From Mobula birostris (taxonomy: Eukaryota), in contig NC_092375.1 in NCBI RefSeq assembly GCF_030028105.1, positions 145,947,415-146,011,414 on the forward strand: DNA of 64,000 nt, read 5' to 3'. Within the stretch, counting starts at the first letter, position 1; every line of letters begins with the position of its first letter. The position numbers and the translations under genes are program-made. Below the pieces are notes generated by a model. It was given only the letters and a program-made list of their open reading frames with translations. It made no database searches and was not told the origin of the DNA. Shown one piece after another: positions 38,214-51,389 of this stretch.

Positions 38214-40639
38214 AAGCTGCTCTTAAAGATCTGATTTTATCTTGTTCAAATATTTATGGAGGCAATAAAATACCTTTGATGACACTATCAACTCATTTGA
38301 TTCATTTACCCTGATTCCACTGGAAATCACAGTTGAACAGTAATCATAACCTAAGGACCACATTAAACTGTTCTAACATATTTGGTTCCAGTTGATAGAT
38401 AACATTATGATGATTCCCAGGAGGCTGAAAAACGCGAACTGTATTGAAAGTTGTTTGGAAAGTGGCACCTTTAACATCAAAAATCCCACATCCCCTTTCC
38501 CCACCCTCACAAGAAAAACAGCGACAATAACATCAAACCCTTAATCTACCCCCACAGAAAAAATCAGTGACAATAACATCAACCCTTACACCCCCCACAG
38601 CAAAAAACAGTGACAATAACATCAAAACCCCCAACTCACCCTCTCACAAACAAAAACAGATCGCCCACACAGAAAAACACGATCAATAACATCAGTCCCC
38701 AAATCCCCACCAGCTTCCTCTCAGAAAAAGTAACATATCACCCACCACCAATTGGCAACAAGAAAGAAAACACTGAAAACTGAAGGTGACCAATATAAAG
38801 TACAGTCCAATAATCACATAAATCTCGGAATATCTAAAACATCCTCCTTTCAGCATTTGAGAAGAGCGGCACACAACTCAGACCTTCCATGAAGAGCGAC
38901 TGCAACAATGTCGCCAGCTCTGCTACGGACTGTCGTCGACCCCATGGCCTTCATTGAGAGCAGCTGCTGACCTCCTCCGAATTTGGCCTCGTTACCTCAA
39001 TCTTCCTCGACACGAAGATGGAGTCATTCATAACCACGTGCACTGTGATTGGTCTTTTCATAAAGCTGCATGTGCTCTAGGTTCTCTTGGGGACCCTGTC
39101 TCTGATCTTCTCCATGAGGCAACTCATGCTCTTGGTCCTCTCCTGACACAGCAGAGCGCTAGGTCATTTGATCAAATTCCAAACTGCACGTCGCATGTTC
39201 AGCAGTTTGTATAAAACAATCAAGACAAAAAAAACTTAGAGAAAGTGATATAATGGAAAAGATTGGCTATCTGGAGAAGATGCTGCCCAAGGAATCAATA
39301 TTTGCTGACGTCTTCTTGATCAGAAGATTTACAAGATATTTCAGAAATTTATTTTTTACTTTTACAAAACATGATGAATTCTACCTCAGTTGAAACCAGG
39401 GTAAACAACAAGAATACATGGACAGAAAACTGCTGGAGAACTTGAACATATCTAAGATTCTGCATTGTGAAAGATGGAATTTGAGTTGAAATTGGTGTGG
39501 AATGATTCAAAGCTGTAGGATCTTCTATTGAAAGTTAACAAAAAGAAATAAACATGAATTATTGAAACCTCAGTCAACACAGATCCTAAAGAATGTGGTA
39601 AGACTGAACTCTAAGTCTTGAAGAGGATGGTGATCTCTGGAATTGTCTATCCCAGAGGTTATAGAAATAGATCATTGGGATATTGAAAGAGGACATGGAA
39701 ACACCTTTGGAAAGTTGGGATATGGGGAAATAGCCCCGAGGACAGGTGCAGGTTCTGGTGGTGTAGCAATAACCTCATACAGCATAATACAATAACAGTA
39801 TGAAAGAGATACAGAAAGTAGTTTAACATAGAAGCACAATCTAAGTTGAAATTGAAGCTTATCAAATCCACATGTTTTTGGCGGTTTTCAGTTAATCTGG
39901 AATTATATCAAAGCAGAGTGCTGTGAAGAGTTTTAATTCTGAAAGTGGAGCTAATAGATGTTAGAGAAAGGCTTTTTACTTTGGCAAAGAGCCGCAATTA
40001 CCATTACTTTGGGAAGCCTTCCTCATGGCTTGTTGAGGGATACTAATGTAATGACAGAAGGACCTTTCCAGTTTTAAGTCACATTTCTGTGTTCTTTGGA
40101 ATGGAGTGAAGGATGATCTTATTGAAACAAATAATGCCCTAAATCACACCACCAGGTTGATGTTGATCTCTCCACCACTAGGTGCCTTGGATAATCTGTC
40201 ATAGCTACAAGATAATGGAGCAATTATTAAAAGTTGATTTAGTGACAGATTTCTTCTCTCTGAAATTGGCAAATCGGTGATTCAGTAAATTCATAGCTAA
40301 ATAATTGTAGAGCATGTGTAACCTTATAGACCTGTCCAAAATAATAATCTCAGATGTAACCTCCCTAAACATAAAAATTTCCTCTGAATATAGGAAACTG
40401 ATGGATGACGTTACAGAGGTAATTAAAATTATGCTAACGATAAAATTATGCTAGGATAAGATGGAGGGTCACAGTATATTTTGTTGTGAAGAGGAGTCAA
40501 AAATGAGAGAGGAAAGAGAGGACTTGAGAAGCACATTTTTCACACAGAGCACGGTGGGCAAAATGGAACAAGCGACCAGAGGGATTTGTAAAGGCCAGTA
40601 CAATTTCAATGTTTAAAAGACATTTAGATAGGTACATGG

Positions 40640-41115
40640 GAATCCTGCAGAAGGACTCCAAAGTCCCTTTGTGCCTCAGTTTTTGTATTTTCCCTTCATT
40701 TAGATATCAACCCTTTCATTTCTTCTGCCAAAGTGCATCACCATACACTTCCTGACACTGTATTCCATCTGCCATTTCCTTGCACATTCTCATAATCTGT
40801 CTGTCTTTCTATAGCCTCTCTACTTCCTTAAAAATACCTGCCACTGCACTTAACTTTATACTCCTTGCAAACTTTGCAACAAGGTCATCAATTCCATCAT
40901 CCAAATCATTGACATATAACATTAAAAAAAAATCAGTCCCAACACACACCCATATGGGACAACACTAGTCACTGGCAGCCAACCAGAAAAAGCTCCCTTT
41001 ATTCCCAATCTTTGCCTCCTGCCAATTAGCCACTGCTTTATCCATGCTGGAACCTTTCCTGAAATACCATGGGCTCCTAGTGGGTGAAGCAGCCTCATGT
41101 GTTGCACCTTGTCAC
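40640..41115 (-). mobile_element. CR1 RT fragment
   Basis: Peptide AHGISGKVPAWIKQWLIGRRQR...SGWLPVTSVVP. Confidence 0.8.
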
Positions 41116-41119
41116 CTTG

Positions 41120-42590
41120 TACAATTTTTGATTCAAAGGCATTGGTTTTTCAATCCCTGGCCATGGAGCAGCCAGTCAATATACTCTCCACAACATATCT
41201 ATAGAAGTTGTCAAAGTTTTAGACGTCATGCTGAATCTTCGCAAACCTCTAAGTAGAGGTGCTGCTGTGCTTTCTTCATAATTGCACAACGCTGATCAGC
41301 CCACTCTATTCTTTCATCAGTAAATTCAGCCAGATGAGTCAAACGTGATTTACCTTCAGTATAATCTCTGCCGGGCAGAGTACAGGTTCTCTGAAATATC
41401 AACACCAATGAACTTAAAGTTGTTGACCCTTTTGTTCTCTGACCCATTGATGGGGACTGGCTCATGGCCTTCTGTTCCCCTCCTCCTGAAGACAATAATC
41501 AGCTCTTTGGTCTTGCTGACACTGAATAAGAGATTGTCATTGTGGTTCCACTCAGCCAGATTTTCAATCTCCTTCCTATTTTCTGATTTATCACCACCTT
41601 TGATTTGGTCTATTGCTGTGGTGCCATCAGCAAGCGTCACTGTGGTATTGCAGCTGTGCTTAGCCTCATAATCACCAGTGTAAGGTGAGTAGAGCACGGG
41701 GCTGGGCACACAGCCTTGCGGTGCATCTGTGTTGATGGAGATTAGGGTTGAAAATATGTTGCTAATTCAAACTGACCGGGGTCTGCAAGAGAGGGAAACA
41801 GGGATCCAATTGCACAAAGAGGTACTGAGGTCAAGGGATTGCAGCTTACTGATTAGCTTTGAGGAGACGATGGTATTGAATGCTGAGCTATAGTTAGTAA
41901 AGAGAATCCTGTTGTGCATGTCTTTGCTGTGCAGATGTTCCAAGAATCAGTTGTAGAGCCAATGAAATGCCATCTGCTGTTGACCTGTTGTGCTGGTAGG
42001 CAAACTGGAGCAGATTCAAGTCGCTTCTTAGGCAGGAGGTGATGTTTCATCACCAACCTCACAAAACAATTCATCACTCTGAGTATAAGTGCTACTGGAC
42101 AATAGTCAATGACGCAGGTTAGTATGTTCTTCTTAGCCAGCAGTAGAATTGAAGAACGCTTGAAGCAGGAGGGCACTCAGACTGCTGAAGTGAGAGGTTA
42201 AGGATCTTAGCGAACACTCCAGCCATTTGATTAGCACAGGTCTCAGGTTTTTAGCCACGAACCCCATCTGGGGTGGATGATTTCCATGGGTTCACCCTCC
42301 TGACGATGCTTTCACATTGGGATCAGAGACTGAAATCACAGGATCATCGGGAGTTGTGAAAGTTCATGATGGTTCCTCCATGTTTTGATGGTCAAGCCCT
42401 GCCCCAGATGACCAGCATCCTTCATTGATTCAAGTTAAGTCCAAAATTGCTACTTTGCTTCTGAGATGGCTTTCCAGAGATCGTCCCTGGACTTCTTCTA
42501 ACTCTTTTTGTCACCAGACTTGAATGCCATTGATTTGGCCCTCAGCAGTTTGCAGATCTCATGGTTCATCTTGAACTCCTGGTTGGGGAA
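41120..42590 (-). mobile_element. Rex1/Babar LINE remnant
   Basis: Peptides SPVLYSPYT.D, LADGT, SKTKELII.FRR and DYCPVALI..VMNCF. Confidence 0.8.
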
Positions 42591-43144
42591 GACAATGAAT
42601 GATCTTCTGGGGACACACTCATCAATGACTATTTTTATAAATCAACAGCTTATCAGAGATAATTATTCATTTATTGGCCTTTCTCGCATTAGAAAATTAA
42701 TTACAAGGAATGGGATGTCACAAGGATGGTGAGGTAATCCAGAATGTGGAGGTAATTGAAATGCTGAGTGTATGTGTACAGTTCTTCAATGACAGGAGAG
42801 TGGAAGACTTTGACTGTTCAACGTGTTCAACAAGCCACATGAAACAAACATAATGAAAGCTGGAGGTGGGAAGACTACAAGGAACCACAGCGAAAGGCAA
42901 TATTAACTCTCACTTGGAGGATCAGGTGGGTTATGAAGGGCGAGTCAGCAGAGATTATTGAAGACAAATCACGTGTGTCTCATTTGGTTGAAGGAATCGA
43001 GGTGACTGATCTGTGCTGTGGAGCAAAAGCAGTATAGATAGATTTTCAAATCAAACCTGGCAGAACAATAAGGTACGTCCTCAATTTAGGCAGCTTGAGA
43101 AAGACAACCAAAATGCTACTTTTTCTCGGGTGAATGGACCTGGG

Positions 43145-43423
43145 TGATATGCAGCTGTGAACGTTCCTGAACTGTTTGATTGAAACAACAATTAAAATGA
43201 TAAGAAAGCACAACTGAAAGAATCCACGATGCAACAAATGTCTTTCTGTTGTTTTTTGACAATAAATGAAAAAAAGGATTTTGTTACATTTTGCTGATGT
43301 TTAATGTTGTGTCATCAGAATAACAAGAAACTGCCTAGTGAGGCCTTTCTACGCTGCATATAAATACCAACTTGTGTTAGACTGTGAATCATTCAGCTGG
43401 TTACCAGACTAACTGTGTTCAAA
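43145..43423 (+). promoter_or_regulatory. Crystallin promoter of the 43424 gene (TATAAA 43359-43364)
   Basis: Homologous to the copy 1 promoter. Confidence 0.75.
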
Positions 43424-44903
43424 ATGGGAAAGGCAAGGGCTACTCAGTAAATGAACTAAATGAGAATTCTTCATGAACACCTGAGCAACTAATAACACAG
43501 ATATGTTTCTTCCCACAGATCATCTTCTACGAGGACAGGAACTTCCAGGGTCGGCACTATGAGTGCAACTCCAACGTTGCCGACCTCTCTCCTTACTTCA
43601 GCCGCTGTAACTCCATCCGTGTTGAGAGTGACTGGTGGGTGTTGTACGAGAGACCCAACTACATGGGATACCAGTATGTCCTGAGCAGGGGAGAGTATCC
43701 TGACTACCAGCACTGGATGGGATTCAATGACACAATCAGGTCCTGTCGCACCTACCCTTACGTAAGTTCAATTTTTTTTAAGGAATTTTATCCTTTGCAG
43801 TTCATCTCTTAAGATGGAGATTTTGCCTAGCAAATGCCTAATGGATATTAAATACGCCCAAGTTTATTAATATACTAGGGGATTTCTATGTAAAGGAGGA
43901 GGTAACGTTGGATCTCTTAACAAGCATTAATATATCCCAGTTTATTGTGAGAGACCAGAGATGAGATTGCTGAGATCTTGACCAAAATCTTCATGTCTTT
44001 TCTCGCCATAAGGTGTATTACAGTTTTCACTGGAGCAGCGGAGGTTGAGAGGAGAACCGATTGAGATTTATAAGTTCATGAAAGTCATATTTAGAGTAGA
44101 CAGGTGGTGAAATTATCTAATACCAGAGGACATGCATTTAGGGTGAGATCATGTAAGTTCAAAGGAGATGTGAGGGGCAAACATTTTTTACAGCATGGTG
44201 GGTGCCTGGAATGCGCAGCCTGGGATGATGTTGGATGCAGATACATTACTAACTTATAAGAGATGTTTAGTCACATGGACGTGAGGGAAGTGGAAGGATA
44301 TGGACATTGTTTAAGTCGAAGGGATCAGTTTAGTTATCCGTTTAATTTAAATAGCCAGCTAAATTTAAATTTATGAATTTAATCGGCTGGGCACAACATT
44401 GTGGGCCAAAAGACCTGTCCTGTGCTCTACTGTTTCTGTCCAGAATTTGCTTTCCTTTAATTTATGTTAGAACCGACAGCAAAGCCATTTGTTGAGGCAG
44501 ATAGTGAAATGATCAATTTGTATCTGACTTTATTTTCCATTGAAGTCAATGGCCAGTTTATGAACTGGTGTTCAATGCTTGAATGCTCTACAAAGCGTCA
44601 TTACTAAAACCGTGTTTCCTATTCCAGTACCGAGGGGGCATCTACAGGATGAGGATTTACGAGAGGCCTGACTTTGCAGGGCAAATGATGGAATTCATGG
44701 ATGACTGTCCCTCTGTCTATGATCGTTTCCGTTACCGTGACATCCACTCCTGTCAGGTGATGGATGGTTACTGGATCTTCTATGAACATCCCAACTACAG
44801 AGGCCGACAGTACTTCCTGAGACCCGGGGAATACAGGAGATACAGTGACTGGGGTGGCTACAACTCAATGATCGGGTCCTTCAGGCGCATGAGGGACTTC
44901 TAA
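43424..44903 (+). CDS. Gamma-crystallin, third intact copy; exons 43424-43432, 43519-43761, 44628-44903; 175 aa
   Basis: The frame is open: [30 protein letters not shown]...[13 protein letters not shown]|[16 protein letters not shown]...RRMRDF*. TATAAA is at 43359 and AATAAA at 44954. Confidence 0.95.
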
Positions 44904-45527
44904 AAGTTACTCTTGAAAATCTGATTTTATCTTCTTGAAATATTTATGGAGGTAATAAAATACCTTTGATGACACTATTAGCTCATTTGATTCATTTACC
45001 CTGATTCCACTGGAAATTCACAGTCGAACAGTAATAATAATTTAAGGACCACATTGAATTATTTTATTACAATTGGTTCCAGTTAACAGATAACATTAGG
45101 ATGATTCATAGGAGGCTGAAGAATATAAACTTAATAGAAAGTTGTTCTTTGCCTCTTGTATTATTCTGTTCATTGTGAAGCTTTGAGCTCCATTTCTGAA
45201 TTTATTTCTGGGGAATTTAATGAGTACAAATATCTATCTGTATGATTTCCATAATTCTGATAGTTCTGTGAAATGACTTCACTAAAGTATAAACAGCAGA
45301 AATAGAGACATGGAGTTAAACAGCACAGAAGCAACACTTTCCCGAAACATGATGAATTCTACTGAAGCTGATACCAGTGTAAACAACAAGAAAACATGGA
45401 CAGAAATCTGATGGATAGTTTAAGTGTATCTCTGATTCTGTTTGGAACCACATTGTGAAGGATGGAAGTTTGAGCTGAAATTGATGTGGAATGATTTGAA
45501 GCTGTAGAATCTTCCAAGAAGAGTTAG

Positions 45528-45650
45528 TAATAAAAGTCCCTTGTGAGTGTTGATTGTGAGGAACCTCCTGCTTGAATCCTCAATCTCCATTTGCAGATAG
45601 GCATGTGACAAGTCAATCTTTCAAAACATCTTCCCACTTGCTAAAGATGC
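45528..45650 (-). mobile_element. Short Gypsy/Ty3 RT fragment
   Basis: Peptide IDLSHAYLQMEIEDSSRRFLTINTHKGL, with no LTRs nearby. Confidence 0.75.
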
Positions 45651-45810
45651 AAAACTATCTTCTATTTGTCTTCTGTTTTGGAAAATCAGGGTATGGGGAA
45701 ATGGCCCAGAAGAGGTCAGAAACAGGTTCTGGTGGTAAAGAAGTAAATTCTTAACACTTAATACTACAAGACTATGAAAGACATACGGAAAGTGTATAAT
45801 AGTTTAATAT

Positions 45811-46498
45811 CAGGTAAGAAGGAGGAGAAGATGGCGGCGGGACACAGTGCGTGCAACCTCTCCGGTGAAATGATATTGTATTTGTTAAATAGGGGCTATG
45901 CACAATTCTGATTTGATGGAGACAGATGTGAGAAACACGGAGGAACATCTGGAGAAACTTCTGAAATGCCCGGTTCTACTGTGCTACTGTGCGATCGAGA
46001 ATCTCCAGAAGGAAGGCCCCAAATCCTTGGCTTTTCCTGTTGCTGGCGGCTGGGGCTGGGGTCGAAGCGCTCAGCAGAGATGGTGCTCGATGCTCGGTGT
46101 CAGAGGGCTGGTCGGAGGCTCGAAGTTTTCGGACGACTCAGAGTCGGACTGTGGTCAGGTGTTTCCAGGATGCTGCATCGGCAAGTTTGCAGCACTGGAA
46201 GCTCATGGCAGGAAGAGAGTTTTCTTCCTTCTCCCATCTGCGTAGGATGATGGGACTTTCAAGAGACTTTGAACTTTTTTTACCGTGCCCATGGCCTGTT
46301 CTCCATCAAGTTACGGTATTGTTTGCACTGTTGTCACTATATGTTATAATTATGTGGTTTTTGTCAGTTTTTCAGTCTTGGTCTGTCCCGTGTTTCTATG
46401 ATATCACACTGGAGGAACATTGTATCATTTCTTAATGCATGCATTACTAAATGACAATAAAAGAGGACTGTGTGTCCTCATAATCTAATAATCTAATC
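45811..46498 (+). mobile_element. ~650-bp non-autonomous retroposon
   Basis: GGAGGAGAAGATGGCG near the 5' end and an (ATCTA)n tail. TSD TAATAT lies at 45805-45810 and 46499-46504. Confidence 0.82.
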
Positions 46499-47319
46499 TA
46501 ATATAGGAAACACAATCTTCCTAATGGCTTGTTGAAGGATGCTAATGTAAGGACAGAAGAGCCTTTCCAGATTTAAGTCACATTTCTGTGTTCTTTGGAG
46601 TAGAGTGAAACAAACCACATCACTGGGCTGATGTTGAGATTTTTCCACCACCGAGGGTCTTTGGTAAGTTGTGATAGCTAGGAGACAATGGGAAAATTAT
46701 TTAAAGCTGAGGTATTGTGAAATTTCCTCTCACTGAATTTGGCAAATCAATGATCTATTACGGTCGTAGCTAAATAACTGTAGTGTATGTGTAATCTCAT
46801 AGAACTGCCTGAAATAATAATCTCAGATGTAACCTCCTTAAAAATAAAAATTCCCCAAGATGAAGGAAACTGATGTATGACATAATAGAGGTTTGGAAGA
46901 TCATGAGAAGCATGGATAAGTTGGAGGTTTGCAGTATCCTGCATATAACAGAGGAGACTAAAATTAGAGGGCATAGATTTTGGATGAGGGGGGAAGGAGG
47001 GGACTTGAGGAGCACATTATTCACACAGAGTGTGGTGGGACCGAGCTACCAGAAGAATTTGTAAAGGTTGGTACAATTTAAAAGTTTAAAAGACATTTAG
47101 CCAGGTACATGGATTGCAAATATGCACCAATGCAGGCAAGTAGGACCTGCACAGGTGAGCAAATTGGTCAACATGGCTGAATTGGTCTGAAGGCCCTGTT
47201 ACTGTGCTGTATACTTCCATGACCTTATTACTCCACCAGAAGTTAAAGGACAAGGGCAGCAATAGCATGGAAACACCTCAACCTGGAAGCTGCCTCCACA
47301 CCACACTCACACAACTGAA

Positions 47320-48246
47320 GATACAAAAACACCTGAAGTTACAATGGATATGTTAAAAGATATTTTATAAAATCCCCACAATTATTGAAGTAGTGACCGT
47401 GATATTATTCATAATAATTGGTGTAAAGATTTATATGTCTTCAATAATACCAATTAACACATATCAACAGTTTTGTTAAAAATCCTGGAAAAGTGTCTGG
47501 ATTTTTGACAGAAGGCAAAATATGTCTCTTTCCTAAAGGAGAAAGCAAAGATGATCCATCAAAATATCGCCCTCTCACTCGTTTATAAACTATATATAAA
47601 TTTGTAACATCTAGCGTCTCGTAACTAATGACCACTCACATAGGTAATTACAACAAAAGAACAGAAAGGATGCTATAGGGGTACAAAAGGATGTAAAGAA
47701 GGATGTAAATATCTAATCCTGTAATTCTAATCAAACATGGAGGAAAAGCAGATATTATCTTTCATGTTGTTATATTGACTACCAAAAAGCATTTGATTCT
47801 GTCCCATACTCATGGTTAATAGAAGTTCTTAAGATATATAAGCTACACTCAATACTTGTGAACTTCCAACAACATCTGATGTATTGGTGTACTATAATCA
47901 CCTGATCTATTAACAATCAAAAAAGACCATTATTATCATAACAAACTGAAGCATTTTCCAGGACATCTCTCTAAGCTGACTATGGTTTTATCTAGGCTTA
48001 ATCGGGCTCTCTAATTTATTGAATTGGGTGAAAATATGGTATGAAATTAGAAGCAACCAAATGAATTACATCTTCTATACATGGATGGTTTGAAATTATA
48101 TGCTTCATCATCAGTAAAGCTGAAACACTTAAGTCAAATAGTAGGACTATTTCTGAATGATACAAACAAGGACTTTGGAATGGATTCATGCATTACATTA
48201 ATCATAAAGTAAGGTGCAATAGAACAGATGGGATATAAAACAGAGC
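47320..48246 (+). mobile_element. R4/Dong-clade RT remnant
   Basis: Peptides YIDYQKAFDSVPYSWL, KEQKGC and LYMDGLKLY. Confidence 0.75.
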
Positions 48247-48812
48247 ATAAGACCATAGACCATAAGACATAGGAGCAGAATTAGGGCATTTGGCCCATCA
48301 AATCTGGTCCGCCATTCAATTGTAGCTGATCCTTTTTTCCCCTCCTCAGCCCCACTCCTCAACCTTCTCCCCGTAACCTTTGATGCCGTGTGCAATCAAG
48401 AACCTATCAATCTCTGCCTTAAATGCACTCAATGACCTGGCCTCCACAGCTGCCTGTGTAATAAATTCCACTAATTCACCATCCCCTGGCTAAAGCAATT
48501 TCTCCATTTCTCTATTTTATATGGACAGCCCTCTATCCTGAGGCTGTGCCCTCTTATCCTAGACTCCCTCACCATGGGAAACAACCTTTCCACATCTACT
48601 CTGTTTAGGCCTTTCAACATTCAAAATTTCAACTTCAATGAGATCCCACTCATCCTTCTAAATTCCAGCGAGTACAGATCCAGAGCTATCAAACATTACT
48701 TGTATGATAAACCTTTCATTCCTGGATTCAAACTTGTGAACCTCCTCTGAACCCTCCACAATGCCAGCACATCATTTCTTGGATAAGGAGCCCAAAACCG
48801 TTCATAATACTC
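48247..48812 (-). mobile_element. CR1 3' end
   Basis: CATAAGACCATAGACCATAAGACATAGGAGCAG tail and CR1 C-terminal homology. Confidence 0.82.
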
Positions 48813-48814
48813 AA

Positions 48815-49598
48815 CATCAGTGTGACCAAAGAGTTGATTGTGGACTTCAGAAATGCTAGGATGAGGCTACATGAACCAATTTTCATAGAGGGATCAGAAG
48901 TGGAGAGAGTGAGAGGTTTCATGCTCCTGGGTGTCAAGATCTTTGAGGATCTAACCTGGTCCCAACATATCGATACAGTGATAAATAGGGAAAAATAGCG
49001 GTTGTATTTCATTTGGAGTTTGAAGAAATTTGGCATGTCACCTAAAACCTTGAAAGCTTCTGCAGATATACTGTGGAGAGCATTCTGACAGGCTACATCA
49101 CTCTCTGGTATCGGGGGCGGGGAGGGCGGTGTTTCTAATGCACAAGATCGAAAGAAGCTATAGAAGGCTGTACAATTAGTCAGCTCCATCTTGGGTTCGA
49201 GGCTCCATTGTATCTAAGACATCTTCAGGGAGTGGTGCCTCTGAAAGGTGGTGTCCATTATTAAGAGCCCCCTTCACCAAGGACTTGCCCTCTTCTCATG
49301 GTTACCATTAGGAAGGAGGAACAGAAACCAGAAGGCATGCACTCAGTGATTCAGGAACAGCTTCTTCCACTCTGCCATCCAATTTCTAAATGGATATTGA
49401 ACCCATAAACACTATCTCACTTTTATTTCTTGCACTATTTTTAATTTAACTATTTAATATCCATATATATTCTTACTGTAATTGATTTATTCATTTTTTC
49501 TTTCTATAATATCATGTATTGCATTGTACTGCTAAGTGAACAAATTTTATGAGATCTGTCAATGATATTATTTGAGAAGTTAATTAATTGATTCTGAG
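48815..49598 (+). mobile_element. Rex1/Babar 3' end
   Basis: Peptide TKELIVDFRN...EVERVRGFMLLGV.I, AT-rich 3' UTR and ATTCTG tail remnant. Confidence 0.78.
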
Positions 49599-49614
49599 TC
49601 AATTGAGAAATGAT

Positions 49615-51389
49615 TGTCACAACCATGGATTTGGCAGTGCAGTAGATACAGCAATTGCGTTTGTAAATATGCATGTGTCAGCTAATTATTATTTAATCAT
49701 GATAGTTAACAAAGTTCACGTCACATGCCAGTGATAATAACCCTGATTCTGATTTAACTCCATACTTGTTGATGTAGTGCTTGTTGAGACTTGGACAGAG
49801 CACAGCAACCCTTCACTGCCTGTCTGCTTTGGCCTTCCCTGAGATATTGGACTGTCAAGTCAAGTGACTCTGAAGGCTAGCGGTATTCATTTAACGTTAA
49901 GATGTTCTATTCAGCCGCAACGTGGGCTTCGTTTTCCATTCGAGAGTTTTAGTTAATGGCCCTGTTTGTCCTAGCGTTTATTGTTTATTTTTCCCTTTAA
50001 CATTGTTCGCATTAAAGTCTGTGAACTCTCGACCTGCTTCAGTGTCTCTCACTCCACACCTGGGCCATATCCGAACCTGGTAACAACTCCTCTCTTGTGA
50101 CAGTTATCATGAGCACCTCTGAGGGAAGTTCTACTGTGAGAGCAGAGAAATATGTGAGAGACTGAATGCTGAAGGAATAGTTCCATCTGCTTTGACATCA
50201 ATGATGATCTGATTGCACCTGAAACTCTGGCATTTCTTCATTGTGAATCCAGTACTTCCGAAAAGCTCCTTTATACTGTACCAATAAATAACTCAGACAC
50301 GGGCCAAGAACATCCATCTTATTGTGGTCCACAGGTCTGTCTCTATTGAATATAATGCAGTAACAAATGATTGTCTGACTCCAAAAAATAAAACAAAATG
50401 CTTGATGCAATTCTCTGCTTCACGTAGTAAGTAGATACATGCTTAGATAATCGTAACTTATGCACAAAATACTCTTTGTACTGGTCATTTGAGCTAAATA
50501 TTGATTGAAACCCGTTGGCTTTCCACTCATCTCTAAGAGTGGTCAAGGCTCTAGCCGCAGTAGCTATGGGTGATGCACAACATATTGATTGTGGTTAAGG
50601 AGGTGTATTGAAAGCTAATCATTTCATGCTGAGTATTCAACAATGAGAAACCCCTCACATGACTCCAATTGAAATTACATTTGAAACTTTTCAAAAACTA
50701 ACCAGGTGGGCCATTGAGATGACATTTTGACAGTGCTTCACAGTTCTTCATTATTCAACAATTAGATTTGATCCCTGCCCCATCACAAGCCATCACTCTC
50801 TCACCTAACCCTGCCACCTTTAATACCCTGCGAAAAGACGGGCTCCCAGAGAAAGGACAAGCAAATGGTTCATCTCAGCATTCAGTCTCTCAAATATTTC
50901 TCTGCTCTCATAGTAGGACTTCCCTCAGAGGTGCTCATGATAACTGTCACAAGAGTGGAGTTGTTACCAGGTTTGGATATGGTCCTGGTGTGGAGTGAGA
51001 GACGCTGAAGCAGGTTGAGAGTTCACAGACTTTAATGCAAACAGTGTTAAAGGGAAAAATAAAACAATAAACACTAGGCCAAACAGGGCAATTGACTAAA
51101 ACTCTCAAATGGAAAACGGAACCTCCACTGAGGCTGAAAAGAACACCTGAACATTAAACGAATACCACTAGTCTTCAGAGTCAGTTGACTCGACAGTCTA
51201 ATTTCTCAGGGAAGGCCGAAACAAACAGGCAACGAAGCGTTGCTGTGCTCTGTCCAAGTCTCCACAAGCACTACGATGACAAGTATGGAGTTAAATACAC
51301 TCACGATTAAATAATAATTAGCTGACACGTGCATATTCACAAGCAGATTTTGCCGTATCTACGGCGTTGCCGAATCCATGGTTGTGACA
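49615..51389. mobile_element. 1.78-kb element with long inverted terminal arms (LTR-like) and 5-bp TSD ATGAT
   Basis: 49615-~50190 is the reverse complement of ~50858-51389. Termini are TGTCACA...TGTGACA. ATGAT lies at 49610-49614 and 51390-51394, and the empty site is visible in other units (26330, 63350). Confidence 0.85.
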
